From an uncultured Methylomirabilota bacterium (GTDB lineage Bacteria > Methylomirabilota > Methylomirabilia > Methylomirabilales > 2-02-FULL-66-22), in contig CAWJSJ010000002.1 of the NCBI GenBank assembly GCA_963845565.1, positions 1,568,001-1,632,000 on the forward strand: 64,000 nucleotides of DNA, in the 5' to 3' direction. The notes under the pieces are model-generated. The model saw only the letters and a program-made list of their open reading frames with translations, was not told the origin of the DNA and searched no databases. Shown here one piece after another: positions 9,028-19,828 of this stretch. Both the position numbers and the translations under genes were made by a program. Position 1 is the stretch's first letter. Each line of letters opens with the position of its first letter.

Positions 9028-11253
9028 ATGATCGACGATCCCATCCTGGCTGATCTGAATCCGCCGCAGCAAGCGGCGGTGCAGCACGGCGATGGTCCGC
9101 TCCTCATCTTGGCCGGCGCCGGATCGGGGAAGACGCGGGTCATCACCCGGCGGGTCGCGCACCTGATCGCGCGGTGTGGCGTCCAGCCCTGGCAAATCCT
9201 GGCGGTGACCTTTACGAACAAGGCCGCCAACGAGATGCGGAAGCGCGTGGAGCAGGTCCTGGGCGGGCGCGGGCTCGCCGTCTCCCTGGGGACGTTTCAT
9301 TCCACCTGCGTCCGGATTCTCCGGAAGTGGCACACGGAGCTGGGGTTCCACCAGAGCTTCGTGATCTACGACGATGCGGACCAGCTCGGCGTGATCAGAG
9401 ATTGCCTGAGGGATCTGAATCTGAGCGAGCGCGTGATGAGCCCGCGAGCGGTGGCGGCACGGATCAGCCGGGCCAAGAACGAGATGCAGACCCCGGGCGA
9501 GTACGCCGCCGCGGCGACCGACTTCACCGAGGAGCGGACGGCGAAGATCTACAGCATGTACCAGGAGCGTCTCAAGGCGAGCCATGCGGTGGACTTCGAC
9601 GACCTGTTGATGCTCACGGTCCTGCTGTTTCGCGATCATGCGCACGTCCTGGAGTACTACCAGAACCTCTGGCGATACGTTCTGGTGGACGAGTACCAGG
9701 ACACCAACCACGCGCAGTACCAGATCGTCAACTTCCTCAGCCGCCGGCACGGGAATCTGTGCGTGGTGGGGGACGACGACCAGTCCATCTACCGGTGGCG
9801 CGGTGCGGATCTCAACAACATCCTGGACTTCGAGCGGGATCATCCGGGCTGCCGGGTCATCAAGCTGGAACAGAATTACCGGTCCACGCAGAACATCTTG
9901 GACGCCGCGGGCGGGGTGGTGGCGAACAACCGGGGCCGGAAGGGGAAGGCGCTCTGGACCGAGAATCCGGAAGGCGAGCCGATCGTCGCGTACCAGGCCC
10001 GGGACGAGCAGGCCGAGGCCGAATTCGTCGCGCAACGGGTCCGGGAGATGGCAGCAGAGAACAGGCACTCGCTGGACGATTTTGCCGTCTTCTACCGAAC
10101 CAACGCCCAGTCGCGGGTCCTGGAAGACGCGCTGCGGCGCGACCTGACGCCCTACGTGATCGTGGGCGGCCTGCGCTTCTACGAGCGGAAGGAAGTCAAG
10201 GACCTGGTGGCCTACCTCCGGCTGGTGGCCAACCCGGACGACGCGCAGAGCTTCAAGCGCATCGTGAACGTCCCGCTGCGAGGGATCGGGGCGGCGACGG
10301 TGGAGAAGCTGGACGGGCTGGCGCAAGCCGAGCGCGTCTCGATCTGGGAGGCCTGCACGCGGATCGCCGACCGGAAGATTGTGGGCGCCAAGACCCTGAA
10401 GGCGCTTGCGGAGTTGGTCGGGCTGATCGAAAAGGCGCGGGCCAAGCTGAGCGTCCTGACGGTGCCCGAGCTGATCGTGGAGCTCCTGGAGAGCACGGGG
10501 TACCTGGTCGACCTGAAAAACGAGGGGACCGTCGAGGCCGAGACGCGTCAGGAGAACCTGCAAGAGCTGGTGTCCGCCGCCCGGGAGTTCATGGAGCGGA
10601 GCGAGGACCACAGCCTGCAGGCGTTCTTGGACAGCGTGGCGTTGATCGCCGATATCGACGAGATGGCCGAGGGGACGGGACAGGTCACGCTGATGACGCT
10701 CCACTCGGCCAAGGGGCTGGAGTTCCCGGTGGTGTTCATGACGGGGATGGAGGAGGGAGTCTTCCCGCATGCGCGCGCGCTCCATGACGACGCCGAGCTC
10801 GAAGAAGAGCGTCGGCTCTGCTACGTCGGCATGACCCGCGCCCGGCAGCAGCTCTTCCTCACCTCGGCGTTGTCCCGGCGGCTCTACAATAACGACAGCT
10901 ACAACCTACCGTCTCGCTTCCTGGACGAGCTGCCGGAGCGCCTGGTGCAGCGGTGGAACGGGATGGGGAGGGTTGAGAGGCGGGGTTTAGGGCTCAGGGA
11001 TCAGGGAGTCGGGATGCGTTCCCCGGTCCCCAGCCGTCAGCCCCCCGCCCCCAAACGCGATTTCCAGTATCAGCCGGAGACGCAGTTCGTGGACCATCTC
11101 CAGGTGGGAATGCGTGTGCGCCATCCGGAGTGGGGCGTGGGGACGATCAAGGAACGGATCGGCGAGGGCGAGGACCTCAAGGTGGTGATCACCTTCGCCG
11201 GCGTGGGGCGAAAGAAGCTGGCAGCCAGCTTCGTGCAGCTGGATCGCGCGTAG
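9028..11253 (+). CDS. pcrA: ATP-dependent DNA helicase PcrA/UvrD
   Basis: AGAGSGKT, VDEYQDTN, LEQNYRST, MTLHSAKGLEF, EEERRLCYV; C-terminal Tudor-like RVRHPEWG. Confidence 0.96.
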   Translation: MIDDPILADLNPPQQAAVQHGDGPLLILAGAGSGKTRVITRRVAHLIARCGVQPWQILAVTFTNKAANEMRKRVEQVLGGRGLAVSLGTFHSTCVRILRKWHTELGFHQSFVIYDDADQLGVIRDCLRDLNLSERVMSPRAVAARISRAKNEMQTPGEYAAAATDFTEERTAKIYSMYQERLKASHAVDFDDLLMLTVLLFRDHAHVLEYYQNLWRYVLVDEYQDTNHAQYQIVNFLSRRHGNLCVVGDDDQSIYRWRGADLNNILDFERDHPGCRVIKLEQNYRSTQNILDAAGGVVANNRGRKGKALWTENPEGEPIVAYQARDEQAEAEFVAQRVREMAAENRHSLDDFAVFYRTNAQSRVLEDALRRDLTPYVIVGGLRFYERKEVKDLVAYLRLVANPDDAQSFKRIVNVPLRGIGAATVEKLDGLAQAERVSIWEACTRIADRKIVGAKTLKALAELVGLIEKARAKLSVLTVPELIVELLESTGYLVDLKNEGTVEAETRQENLQELVSAAREFMERSEDHSLQAFLDSVALIADIDEMAEGTGQVTLMTLHSAKGLEFPVVFMTGMEEGVFPHARALHDDAELEEERRLCYVGMTRARQQLFLTSALSRRLYNNDSYNLPSRFLDELPERLVQRWNGMGRVERRGLGLRDQGVGMRSPVPSRQPPAPKRDFQYQPETQFVDHLQVGMRVRHPEWGVGTIKERIGEGEDLKVVITFAGVGRKKLAASFVQLDRA

Positions 11254-11423
11254 CAGGCCGCTGAAAACGGCCCACCTGCTGCGTTGGCTCGCTCAGGCAC
11301 TCGTTGCGGCGTACCTGGAGTACGCCTCACTCGGCCTCGGGTACCCATCCCCGGGATGGGTGCGCCGCCTTGCATCTGGTCCGTTTTGAGCGGCCTGGGG
11401 AAAACCGGGTTTTCCGTATCCTG
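11254..11423 (+). mobile_element. Family A element
   Basis: CAGGCCGCTGAAAA...TTTTCCGTATCCTG; begins at the base after the pcrA stop. Confidence 0.82.
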
Positions 11424-11435
11424 CTTGAAGGGGCG

Positions 11436-11520
11436 TCAGGCAACCCGGCACTTTGGCAATTCGGCAGGTGGGCACTCAGGACTTCCGAGTTGCCAAGTCG
11501 CCCAATTGCCTAATTGCCCG
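11436..11520. repeat. Degenerate octamer tract (GGCAAYYY / RRTTGCC)
   Basis: ggcaaccc ggcacttt ggcaattc ggcaggtg ... ttgccaag tcgcccaa ttgcctaa ttgccc. Confidence 0.6.
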
Positions 11521-11536
11521 TTCCGAGGAGGAAGCG

Positions 11537-11830
11537 GTGGCGAAGATCACGCGGGCGGAGGTCGAGCAGGTGGCGCGCTTGGCGCGGTTGGAGCTGGGCG
11601 AGGACGAGAAGGCTCAGCTGACGGCCCAGCTCGACGCCATCCTGGGCTACATGGAGACACTGAACACCCTGGATACGCGCGGCGTGGAGCCGACCACGAC
11701 CGTCATTCCCATGGTGAGCGTGATGCGCGACGACGTGGTGCGGCCGTCCCTGGATCGGGAGGACGCCCTGGCGAACGCCCCCAATCGGGAGGGCGCCTAT
11801 TTCCAGGTACCGCGGATCATCGAGGACTGA
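11537..11830 (+). CDS. gatC: Asp/Glu-tRNA amidotransferase subunit C
   Basis: VEQVARLARL, GVEPT, ALANAP....YFQVPRII; GTG start after GAGGAGG. Confidence 0.95.
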   Translation: MAKITRAEVEQVARLARLELGEDEKAQLTAQLDAILGYMETLNTLDTRGVEPTTTVIPMVSVMRDDVVRPSLDREDALANAPNREGAYFQVPRIIED

Positions 11831-11915
11831 CACTGGGGCGACAGGGAAATCCGACAGGGACAGCGGAACCCGGATCGTCCGATGTCCGCTGCCGGATGCC
11901 GCTGTCGGGTACTTA

Positions 11916-12015
11916 GGAGCCGTTACGAAATAACCTATACATCGCTTTCTATTTCGTTACGGCTCCTTATGCCGTTTCGGAATGTCTCCGCTCAATTTAT
12001 TCTTTGACAACGGCT
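11916..12015 (+). mobile_element. Family B ~100-bp element
   Basis: Near-identical to 2643-2742; lies between gatC and gatA. Confidence 0.82.
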
Positions 12016-12028
12016 TGGGAGACCGAGC

Positions 12029-13489
12029 GTGGATCTGTACCGGCTGACGATTCATGAGTTGCAGGACCTCATCCAGAGGGGCGACGTATCGCCGGTCGAG
12101 GCCGTGCAAAGCTACCTGGCTCGTATCGACGCCATCGAAGGGCGGGTGCAAGCCTTCAACCGCGTGACCGGGCAGGCCGCCTTGCAGGAGGCCGAACGGT
12201 ACGCGCAGTTGCAGGCGAGGAAGGTCGCCCTTCCGCCCCTGGCGGGGATTCCGCTGGCCATCAAGGACGTGATCTGCACGAAGGGGGTACCCACCACCTG
12301 CTCCTCCCGCATCCTGGAGGGATTTGTTCCGCCATACGACGCCACCGTGGTGAGCAAGCTCCGCGCCGCGGGAGCGCTCATCCTGGGCAAGACGAACATG
12401 GACGAGTTCGCGATGGGCTCGTCCACCGAGAATTCGGCGTTCCGGAACACGCGAAACCCCTGGAACCTGGCGTGTGTGCCGGGCGGCTCCAGCGGGGGCT
12501 CGGCCGCCGCCGTGGCGTCGGACATGTGCGCCGGCGGCCTGGGGACCGACACGGGCGGTTCCATCCGCCAGCCGGGCGGTTTCTGCGGGATCCCCGCCCT
12601 GAAGCCGACCTACGGCCGGGTCTCGCGATACGGGCTGGTGGCCTTCGCCTCCTCGCTCGACCAGATCGGCCCCATGACAAAAGACGTCCGGGATGCGGCG
12701 ATCCTCCTCGGCGCGATGGCGGGCCACGACCCGCTGGATTCGACGTCGGCCGAGGTTCCGGTGCCCGACTACGAGGCGGCGCTCACCGGCGACATCCGCG
12801 GTCTCAGGATCGGCATCCCGGCGGAATATTTCATCGAAGGCATGGCGCCCGAGGTGGAAACGGCGGTCCGCGCGGCCATCGCGACCCTGGAGGGGCTGGG
12901 CGCCGTCGCGGTCCCCGTGACGCTGCCGCATACCGCGTACGCCATCGCCACCTACTACCTGGTGGCGACGGCCGAGGCTAGCTCCAATCTCGGTCGCTAC
13001 GACGGGGTCAAGTACGGCTACCGGACGCCGGCCTCGGCGCACCTGATCGACATGTACATGAAGACCAGACGCGAGGGGTTCGGTGCCGAGGTGAAGCGGC
13101 GCATCATGCTGGGCACGTACGCGCTGAGCGCCGGCTACTACGACGCCTACTACCTGAAGGCGCTCAAGGTGCGCACGCTGATCCGGCGGGACTTCACGCA
13201 GGCCTTCGAGCGGTGCGAGTTGATCGTCACCCCGACCTCGCCGACCGCCGCCTTCCGGCTCGGGGAGAAAGTGGACGATCCGCTGCAGATGTACCTCGCG
13301 GACGTCTTCACGATCTCGGCGAACCTGGCCGGCGTCCCCGGGATGAGCGTCAACTGCGGGTTCACCGGGGCGGGATTGCCGATCGGGCTCCAGTTCCTCG
13401 GGAAGCCGTTCGACGAGGGCACGATCCTCCGAGCGGCACACGCCTACGAGCAGGCGACGCCGTGGCGGACACGGCGGCCGGACCTGTAG
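12029..13489 (+). CDS. gatA: Asp/Glu-tRNA amidotransferase subunit A
   Basis: [44 protein letters not shown]. Confidence 0.97.
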   Translation: MDLYRLTIHELQDLIQRGDVSPVEAVQSYLARIDAIEGRVQAFNRVTGQAALQEAERYAQLQARKVALPPLAGIPLAIKDVICTKGVPTTCSSRILEGFVPPYDATVVSKLRAAGALILGKTNMDEFAMGSSTENSAFRNTRNPWNLACVPGGSSGGSAAAVASDMCAGGLGTDTGGSIRQPGGFCGIPALKPTYGRVSRYGLVAFASSLDQIGPMTKDVRDAAILLGAMAGHDPLDSTSAEVPVPDYEAALTGDIRGLRIGIPAEYFIEGMAPEVETAVRAAIATLEGLGAVAVPVTLPHTAYAIATYYLVATAEASSNLGRYDGVKYGYRTPASAHLIDMYMKTRREGFGAEVKRRIMLGTYALSAGYYDAYYLKALKVRTLIRRDFTQAFERCELIVTPTSPTAAFRLGEKVDDPLQMYLADVFTISANLAGVPGMSVNCGFTGAGLPIGLQFLGKPFDEGTILRAAHAYEQATPWRTRRPDL

Positions 13490-13506
13490 GAGAAGGACGG
13501 GCGGAG

Positions 13507-13866
13507 ATGCGACTCCACAGCCGAACGGGGAACGGTGTGTTGGTCGGGTTTCTGGTCGCCGTCGTTGTCGCGGCCGTGCTGTCGCCGGGCTGGGCGGCCA
13601 CGGGCAAGGGTCGCGACCTGGTGGTGCTCGATCACGAGCGATGGCTGGACACGCTGAAGGGGACGGTCAAGAACTACAGCAAGCGGCCGGCCCGCGAGGT
13701 GACGGTGGTCGTGAAGTTCTTCGACCGGAAGAAGAAGGCGCTGGGGACACAGCGGGTCAATGTGGGCGATCTCCGCTCCGGGGATTCGTCGTCCTGGAGC
13801 CTGCCCATCGCCGAGAAGAACCGCTCGGCCACACAGTACACGTTCGAGACGCACGCCATCTGGTAG
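13507..13866 (+). CDS. Small exported beta-sandwich protein (FxLYD-like)
   Basis: Signal peptide, then GTVKN...V.V.VKFFD...LG; RBS present. Confidence 0.65.
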   Translation: MRLHSRTGNGVLVGFLVAVVVAAVLSPGWAATGKGRDLVVLDHERWLDTLKGTVKNYSKRPAREVTVVVKFFDRKKKALGTQRVNVGDLRSGDSSSWSLPIAEKNRSATQYTFETHAIW

Positions 13867-13876
13867 TGAGGCAGCG

Positions 13877-13958
13877 ATGAGCGGTCAGCGTTCAGCTGTC
13901 AGCAATCAGTTCCTGCGGAAGGCCGAAGGCCCAGGGCTGACCGCTGACCGCTGAAAGC
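13877..13958. repeat. Inverted pair of heptamer tracts (TCAGCNN / NNGCTGA)
   Basis: cggtcag cgttcag ctgtcag caatcag ... gctgacc gctgacc gctgaaa. Confidence 0.65.
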
Positions 13959-13992
13959 CGTGTGCTGACCCGAATTCCCCCGGGGAGTGATC

Positions 13993-15435
13993 ATGCCCGA
14001 GTTCGAAGCGGTCATCGGCCTGGAGGTCCACGCCGAGCTCCTCACGCGGTCGAAGATGTTCTGCGGCTGCGGCACCACCTTTGGCGCTCCCCCCAACACG
14101 CAGACCTGTCCGGTCTGTCTCGGAATGCCGGGGGTTCTGCCGGTCATCAACCGGCGGGCAGTCGAGCACGCGATCCGCACCGCCCTGGCGCTGCACTGCG
14201 CCATCGCGCCGGTGTCGCGCTTTGCGCGCAAGAACTACTTCTATCCCGATTTACCCAAGGCCTACCAGATCTCCCAATACGAACTGCCGCTGTCCGAACA
14301 CGGCTACGTCACGTTCACACTGGAGGGGGACGAGAAGCGGGTGGGGATCCGCCGCGTCCACCTGGAAGAGGATACGGGCAAGCTGGTGCACGCGGGCGTC
14401 ATGGAGGAGGCGGATTCCAGCCTGGTGGACTACAACCGCTGCGGCGTGCCCCTGATGGAGATCGTGAGCGACCCGGACCTCCGCACCCCCGGCGAGGCGG
14501 CGGAGTATCTGCGGACGCTGCGGGCGGTCCTGGTCTATCTCGGCGTGTGCGACGGCAACATGGAGGAAGGCAGCTTTCGCTGCGATGCCAACATCTCGAT
14601 CCGGCCCATCGGCGCGACCGAGCTGGGGGTCAAGGTCGAAGTCAAGAACATGAACTCCTTCAAGAACGTCCAAAAAGCCCTGGAGTACGAGATCCGGCGC
14701 CAGGTGCGGGCGGTCGCGGAGGGGGAGCGGCTGGTCCAGGAGACCCGCCTGTGGAACGCCGACCAGGAGATCACCCTCTCCATGCGAAGCAAGGAGCACG
14801 CCCACGACTATCGCTACTTCCCCGATCCGGACCTGGTACCGCTGGCGGTCGAGCCGGCCTGGATCGAGGAGATCCGGGGCGGCCTGCCGGAGCTGCCGGA
14901 CGCCAAGCGCGAGCGATTCGTGCGGGAGTACGGCATCCCGGCCTACGATGCGGGCGTGCTGACCGCGAGCAAGGAGCTGGCAGCGTACTACGAGGCCTGC
15001 GTCAAGGCGCCGAGCGATCCCAAGGCGGCCAGCAACTGGGTCATGGTGGAGCTCCTGGGCAGGCTGAACAAGGACGGGAAGGGCATCGCGGAAAGCCCGA
15101 TCGCCCCCGAACGGCTGGGAGCCATGCTGGACCTCCTGGCCAAGGGGACGATCAGCGGCAAGATGGCCAAGGAGTTCTTCGACGAGATGTACGCGACCGG
15201 GGCGGACCCGGCCGAGGTCCTCAAGCAGAAGGGCGGCCAGATCACCGACGCCGGGGAGATCGAGGGCATCATCCGGGGCGTGGTCGGCCAGCACGCCGGG
15301 CCGGCGGCAGAGTACCTGGCGGGGAAGGAGACGGCCTTCAACTTCTTGATCGGCCAGGTGATGCGAGCCACCAAGGGGAAGGCCAACCCCAAGCTGGTGA
15401 ACGAGCTTCTCAAGAAGATCCTACAGGCCGGCTGA
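13993..15435 (+). CDS. gatB: Asp/Glu-tRNA amidotransferase subunit B
   Basis: [50 protein letters not shown]. Confidence 0.97.
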   Translation: MPEFEAVIGLEVHAELLTRSKMFCGCGTTFGAPPNTQTCPVCLGMPGVLPVINRRAVEHAIRTALALHCAIAPVSRFARKNYFYPDLPKAYQISQYELPLSEHGYVTFTLEGDEKRVGIRRVHLEEDTGKLVHAGVMEEADSSLVDYNRCGVPLMEIVSDPDLRTPGEAAEYLRTLRAVLVYLGVCDGNMEEGSFRCDANISIRPIGATELGVKVEVKNMNSFKNVQKALEYEIRRQVRAVAEGERLVQETRLWNADQEITLSMRSKEHAHDYRYFPDPDLVPLAVEPAWIEEIRGGLPELPDAKRERFVREYGIPAYDAGVLTASKELAAYYEACVKAPSDPKAASNWVMVELLGRLNKDGKGIAESPIAPERLGAMLDLLAKGTISGKMAKEFFDEMYATGADPAEVLKQKGGQITDAGEIEGIIRGVVGQHAGPAAEYLAGKETAFNFLIGQVMRATKGKANPKLVNELLKKILQAG

Positions 15436-15571
15436 CCGTGGCACCGGCCCGACCGCACGCGGCCTCCGCGCGTGGAGGGCGCTGAACCGCTCGGCGCGCG
15501 GTCGTTGCGCTCTCTGTTGGTAACTGGAACGAATGTCCCCGTCGAACGTCCGCGAAATGGAGGTCCAGACC

Positions 15572-16990
15572 ATGGCCAGTACGGTTCACGTGCCCGACGA
15601 CCGGTATTTCGGCCCCGATCCTCGCCAGAAGGAGATCGCGCAGCGGCTCTACCAGACGGTCGCGAATCTCCCGCTGATCTGTCCGCACGGCCACGTGGAT
15701 CCGCGGATGTTTGCCGATCCCAACTATTCGCTGGGAACGCCCACCGACCTCCTGATCATCCCGGACCACTACGTCTTCCGGATGCTCTACTCGCAGGGCA
15801 TCCCCATGGAGTCGCTCGGCCTCGCCCGGAAGGACGGCGGTCCGGTGGAGACCGACCACCGCAAGATCTGGCAGACGTTCGCGGAGCACTTCTTTCTGTT
15901 CCGCGCCACACCCACCGGCATGTGGCTGAACCACGAGTTGCTGTCCGTCTTCGGCGTGGACGAGAAGCTCTGCGGGGAATCGGCGCAGCGGATCTACGAC
16001 CAGATCGCCGCCAAGCTGGCCTCTCCCGCGTTCCGGCCGCGGGCCCTCTTCGAGCGGTTCAACATCGAGGCGATGTCCACCACCGACTTCGCCACCGACC
16101 CGTTGGTGCACCATCAGGCGCTTCGCGCCTCGGGGTGGAAGGGGCGCATCGTGCCGTGCTTCCGGCCCGACGGCGTGGTGAACATCGACGCCCCCAACTG
16201 GCGCAAGAACATCGATGCGCTGGGCGCCGTAAGCGGGATCGAGGTGACGAGCGCCAAGACGTTGGTGAAAGCCCTGGAGAATCGCCGCGCCTTCTTCAAA
16301 AGCCTGGGCGCGACCTCGACCGACCACGCCGCCATGACCGCCCACACGGAGCACCTCGCAGCGCCCGAGGCGGAGGCGATCTTCCAGCGGGCGATGAGCG
16401 GCCAAGCCACCGCCAAGGACGCCATGCGATTCACGGGGCACATGCTCATGGAGATGGCCCGGATGAGCATCGAGGACGGCCTGGTGATGCAGCTTCACGT
16501 CGGCTCGTACCGGAATCACAACCCGCAGCTCTTCGCGCGCTTCGGAACCGACATGGGGGCGGATATCCCGATCGCCAGCGAATTCACCCGCAACCTGCGA
16601 CCGCTGCTCGTCAAGTACGGCAACGAGACGCGGCTCACCCTGATCCTGTTCAACCTGGACGAGTCCACCTACTCGCGCGAACTGGCCCCGCTGGCCGGCC
16701 ATTACCCGGCGCTGCGGTTGGGGCCGCCCTGGTGGTTCTTCGATAGCTTGAACGGCATGGAGCGCGCCCGCGAGTTGATGATCGAGACGGCGGGGCTGCA
16801 CAACACGGTCGGGTTCAACGATGATACCCGCGCCTTCCCATCGATTCCCGCGCGGCACGACCTGTCGCGCCGGGTGGACGCCAACTGGATCGCCGGGCTG
16901 GTGGTGCGGGGCATCGTGGACATGGATGACGCCGCGGAGATGATCCAGGATACCGCCTACCGGCTGGCGAAGAAGGCGTACAAACTGTGA
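15572..16990 (+). CDS. uxaC: Glucuronate (uronate) isomerase
   Basis: PHGHVDP, PDHYVFRMLYSQG, GPPWWFFDS, GFNDDTRAF. Confidence 0.94.
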   Translation: MASTVHVPDDRYFGPDPRQKEIAQRLYQTVANLPLICPHGHVDPRMFADPNYSLGTPTDLLIIPDHYVFRMLYSQGIPMESLGLARKDGGPVETDHRKIWQTFAEHFFLFRATPTGMWLNHELLSVFGVDEKLCGESAQRIYDQIAAKLASPAFRPRALFERFNIEAMSTTDFATDPLVHHQALRASGWKGRIVPCFRPDGVVNIDAPNWRKNIDALGAVSGIEVTSAKTLVKALENRRAFFKSLGATSTDHAAMTAHTEHLAAPEAEAIFQRAMSGQATAKDAMRFTGHMLMEMARMSIEDGLVMQLHVGSYRNHNPQLFARFGTDMGADIPIASEFTRNLRPLLVKYGNETRLTLILFNLDESTYSRELAPLAGHYPALRLGPPWWFFDSLNGMERARELMIETAGLHNTVGFNDDTRAFPSIPARHDLSRRVDANWIAGLVVRGIVDMDDAAEMIQDTAYRLAKKAYKL

Positions 16991-17142
16991 CAGGCTGCTG
17001 AAAAAGGCCCACCTGCGGCGTTGGAGCGCCTTGCCGCTCACTGCGGCGTACCTCCAGTGCGCCTCTCTCGGGCTTCAGCGCCCCGCCTTGCATCTGGGCC
17101 TTTTTGATCAGCCTGGGAAATGACGAAATCCTCAACGTCCTG
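16991..17142 (+). mobile_element. Family A element (152 bp)
   Basis: CAGGCTGCTGAAAA directly after the uxaC TGA; degenerate outer end. Confidence 0.8.
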
Positions 17143-17276
17143 GTGCGGAGAAAGTCGGAATTGAGGGGCGAGGGAGTGGGGAGCGAAGGAGATTGGATCC
17201 TCCGACGCCTGCTCTCTGGCCCCTCTTGTTCTTGATCTGGGGCTGAAGGCTGAGCGCTGACGGCTGATCGCTCGCC

Positions 17277-18485
17277 TCAGCGCCCGGCGGGCGGGGGATT
17301 CGGCCGGCGGGGAGCGGTGAGCCAGAGGAGCCCGGGCGTGAGGACGGTCGTGGCGAGCGCGATCCAGAGCGCCGCGGCATAGCTCCCGGTGACATCGAAG
17401 ATCTTCCCGGCGGACCAGGCGCCGGCGGCGAGCCCCAGGCAGATCACGCCGTAGAGCGTGCCGTAGATCGTGGAGAAGCCCGGCCCTGGGAACAGGTCGC
17501 GGGCGATGGCGGGAAAGACCGGCGACAGCACGCCGTACCCGAACGCGATCAAGACCGCGTACAGGAAGGGCAGCGCGGACGTCGGGTGCTGACCTGCCAG
17601 GACCAGTACCGCAATGCTGGCCGCCACGCAGCCGAAGGCCAGCGTGCAGGTCAGTTCGCGACCCGCACGATCCGAGAAGATGCCCCACCCCACCTTGGCC
17701 CCGATACTGGCCAGGCCGACGGCGCCGCCAACGGTGGCCGCGGTCATCGGCGAAACCCCATGATCCACCAGGTAGGCGACCTGGTGGATCATCAGCATCT
17801 GCGTCGCGAAATTCCCCGTGAAGTACACGGCCGCGACCCCCCAGAAACGCCAGGTTCGCGCGGCGGTCGCCAGGATCCAATGCGCGTCGTTGCTGGGCGC
17901 GGTCCGTGTTCCATCGCGCGAGGGCTCTGGTTTCCCGAAACCGGGAGGATCCCGGATCAGCCAGAGGGCGGCAGGAATCAGCCAGCCGACGGTCAGCGCC
18001 GCCTCCATCCGGAAGGCCCACTGCCAGCCCCAGCGATCGATCACGATCTGCGCCAGGGGGATCAGACCCAGGATCCCGACCCCGATCCCGGCCGAGGCGA
18101 CACCCATGGCGGTGCCGAAGCGCCGGGGGAACCATCCCTGAACCAGGATGACGGCCGGCACCCATCCGGCCAGGCTGATCCCCACCGCGGTGACTCCGGC
18201 GAATGCCAGGTACAGATGCCACCACACCCGCGTCTCCGCGGTGAGGGCGAGGCCGATTCCCATCACCACGCCGCCCGCCAAGAAGAGACGCCGCGGGCCG
18301 TACCGACGCGCCATCCAGCCGATGAGCGGACCCAGGCCTCCATGGACGAGGACCAGGAGCGAAAAGGCCCCAGCGACCAGCGAGCGGCTCCAGCCGAAAT
18401 GCTGGACCAGCGCAACCAGAAACACCGAGTAGGAGTACCAGACCCCGTAGGTGACCACCAGGGTGCCGAAGGTGACGGCGACCAT
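17277..18485 (-). CDS. MFS transporter (OFA/MCT-like), paralogue 4 of tandem array; start uncertain
   Basis: YSYSVFLVAL...FGWSRS, YGPRR, WFP.R.GTA.G motifs; ATG at 18485 overlaps the upstream TGA, but conserved RGW lies just 5' of it. Confidence 0.85.
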   Translation of the reverse strand: MVAVTFGTLVVTYGVWYSYSVFLVALVQHFGWSRSLVAGAFSLLVLVHGGLGPLIGWMARRYGPRRLFLAGGVVMGIGLALTAETRVWWHLYLAFAGVTAVGISLAGWVPAVILVQGWFPRRFGTAMGVASAGIGVGILGLIPLAQIVIDRWGWQWAFRMEAALTVGWLIPAALWLIRDPPGFGKPEPSRDGTRTAPSNDAHWILATAARTWRFWGVAAVYFTGNFATQMLMIHQVAYLVDHGVSPMTAATVGGAVGLASIGAKVGWGIFSDRAGRELTCTLAFGCVAASIAVLVLAGQHPTSALPFLYAVLIAFGYGVLSPVFPAIARDLFPGPGFSTIYGTLYGVICLGLAAGAWSAGKIFDVTGSYAAALWIALATTVLTPGLLWLTAPRRPNPPPAGR

Positions 18486-19828
18486 CAGCCAGCCGCGCGC
18501 GTCCTGGGGTTCCTCGACTGGGCCGTCTCGTTCCGCCGCGACCGTTTCGCCATTGGGCAGCGGGACGATCGTGCTCGTTTCGGCGGCGGATTCGGCCGCC
18601 GTGGGGCCACCACCCAGAGGAGCGCACACGAGAAGCAGGTCAACGCGGCGGCACCCCACATGGCCGCGGCGTAGCTGCCGGTGAGATCGAACACCTTGCC
18701 GCCCGCCCAGGCGCCGGCCGCCGTGCCGAGCCCCAGCGCGATGTGAATGGTGCCGAAGATCGTCGAAAACCCCCGCCCGCCGAAGAGGTCGCTGGACGCG
18801 GCGGGGGTAAACGGCGCCGTGATGGCATACCCGATCCCGAGGACGACGCCATAGAGATAGGGGATTATCGAGAGCGGATGTGCGCCGGCAAGGACCAGGG
18901 CTCCGATGCTCACCAGGACGCTCGCCGAGGCGAGGTTGTAGACCACCTCCCGCGGCTTTCGATCCATCAGGTATCCCCAGCCGGCCTTTCCGGCGATGCT
19001 GGTCAGCCCGACGATGCCGCCGACGGTCGCGGCGACCATGGCGGGGACCCCGTGATCCACCAGGTAGGCCACCTGATGGATCATGAAGAGGGTGACTGCG
19101 CTGTTGCCCGTGAAGAGGACGAGGCCGAGCCCCCAGAACTTCCACGACCGTACGGCGAGCGTCAGCGTCCAATACGGCGCATGCGGGGGCGACGTCGGCG
19201 GCGGCGACGCAGCCGTGCCGGCCGCCGGACCCGCGCCGCGGGGCCGCTCCCGTAGCAGCCAGAGGGTCGCCGGAACGAGCCAACTCACCACCGCGAGGCC
19301 CAGCGCCCGGTAGGCCCAGCGCCAGCCCACGTGGTCGATCAGAAGCTGACACACAGGGACCAGGATGGTGATACCCATGCTGATCCCGGCCGTGGCAATG
19401 CCGACCGCGGTGCCGATCCGCGCAGGGAACCAGCCCCGGATGAGGATCACCAGCGGGACATACCCGCTGAACCCAACCCCGACGGCCGTGATGACGCCGA
19501 AGCTCAAATAGAGCTGCCAGGGTTCGGCCGTCTCGGCGGTGAGCGCGAGGCCGAGCGCTACGATCCCGCCGCCGGCCATGATGACGCGGCGCGGGCCGAA
19601 CCGCTCGGCGATCGGACCGAAGAAGGGGCCGACCACCGCATGCACCAGCGCGAACACCGAGAACGCCCCGGCGGTCACCGACCGGCTCCAGCCAAACTCC
19701 TTGAGGAGGGCCACCAGAAAAACGGAAAAGCTGTACCAGAGCCCATACAGCAGGGCCATGGTGACGAAGGCCGCCCCGACGACGACCCAGCCCCACCGGT
19801 CTTGACTTGCCGACGGCGAATGGTTCAT
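18485..19828 (-). CDS. MFS transporter (OFA/MCT-like), paralogue 3
   Basis: Same motifs; starts MNHSPS with ATGA overlap to paralogue 2. Confidence 0.88.
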   Translation of the reverse strand: MNHSPSASQDRWGWVVVGAAFVTMALLYGLWYSFSVFLVALLKEFGWSRSVTAGAFSVFALVHAVVGPFFGPIAERFGPRRVIMAGGGIVALGLALTAETAEPWQLYLSFGVITAVGVGFSGYVPLVILIRGWFPARIGTAVGIATAGISMGITILVPVCQLLIDHVGWRWAYRALGLAVVSWLVPATLWLLRERPRGAGPAAGTAASPPPTSPPHAPYWTLTLAVRSWKFWGLGLVLFTGNSAVTLFMIHQVAYLVDHGVPAMVAATVGGIVGLTSIAGKAGWGYLMDRKPREVVYNLASASVLVSIGALVLAGAHPLSIIPYLYGVVLGIGYAITAPFTPAASSDLFGGRGFSTIFGTIHIALGLGTAAGAWAGGKVFDLTGSYAAAMWGAAALTCFSCALLWVVAPRRPNPPPKRARSSRCPMAKRSRRNETAQSRNPRTRAAG

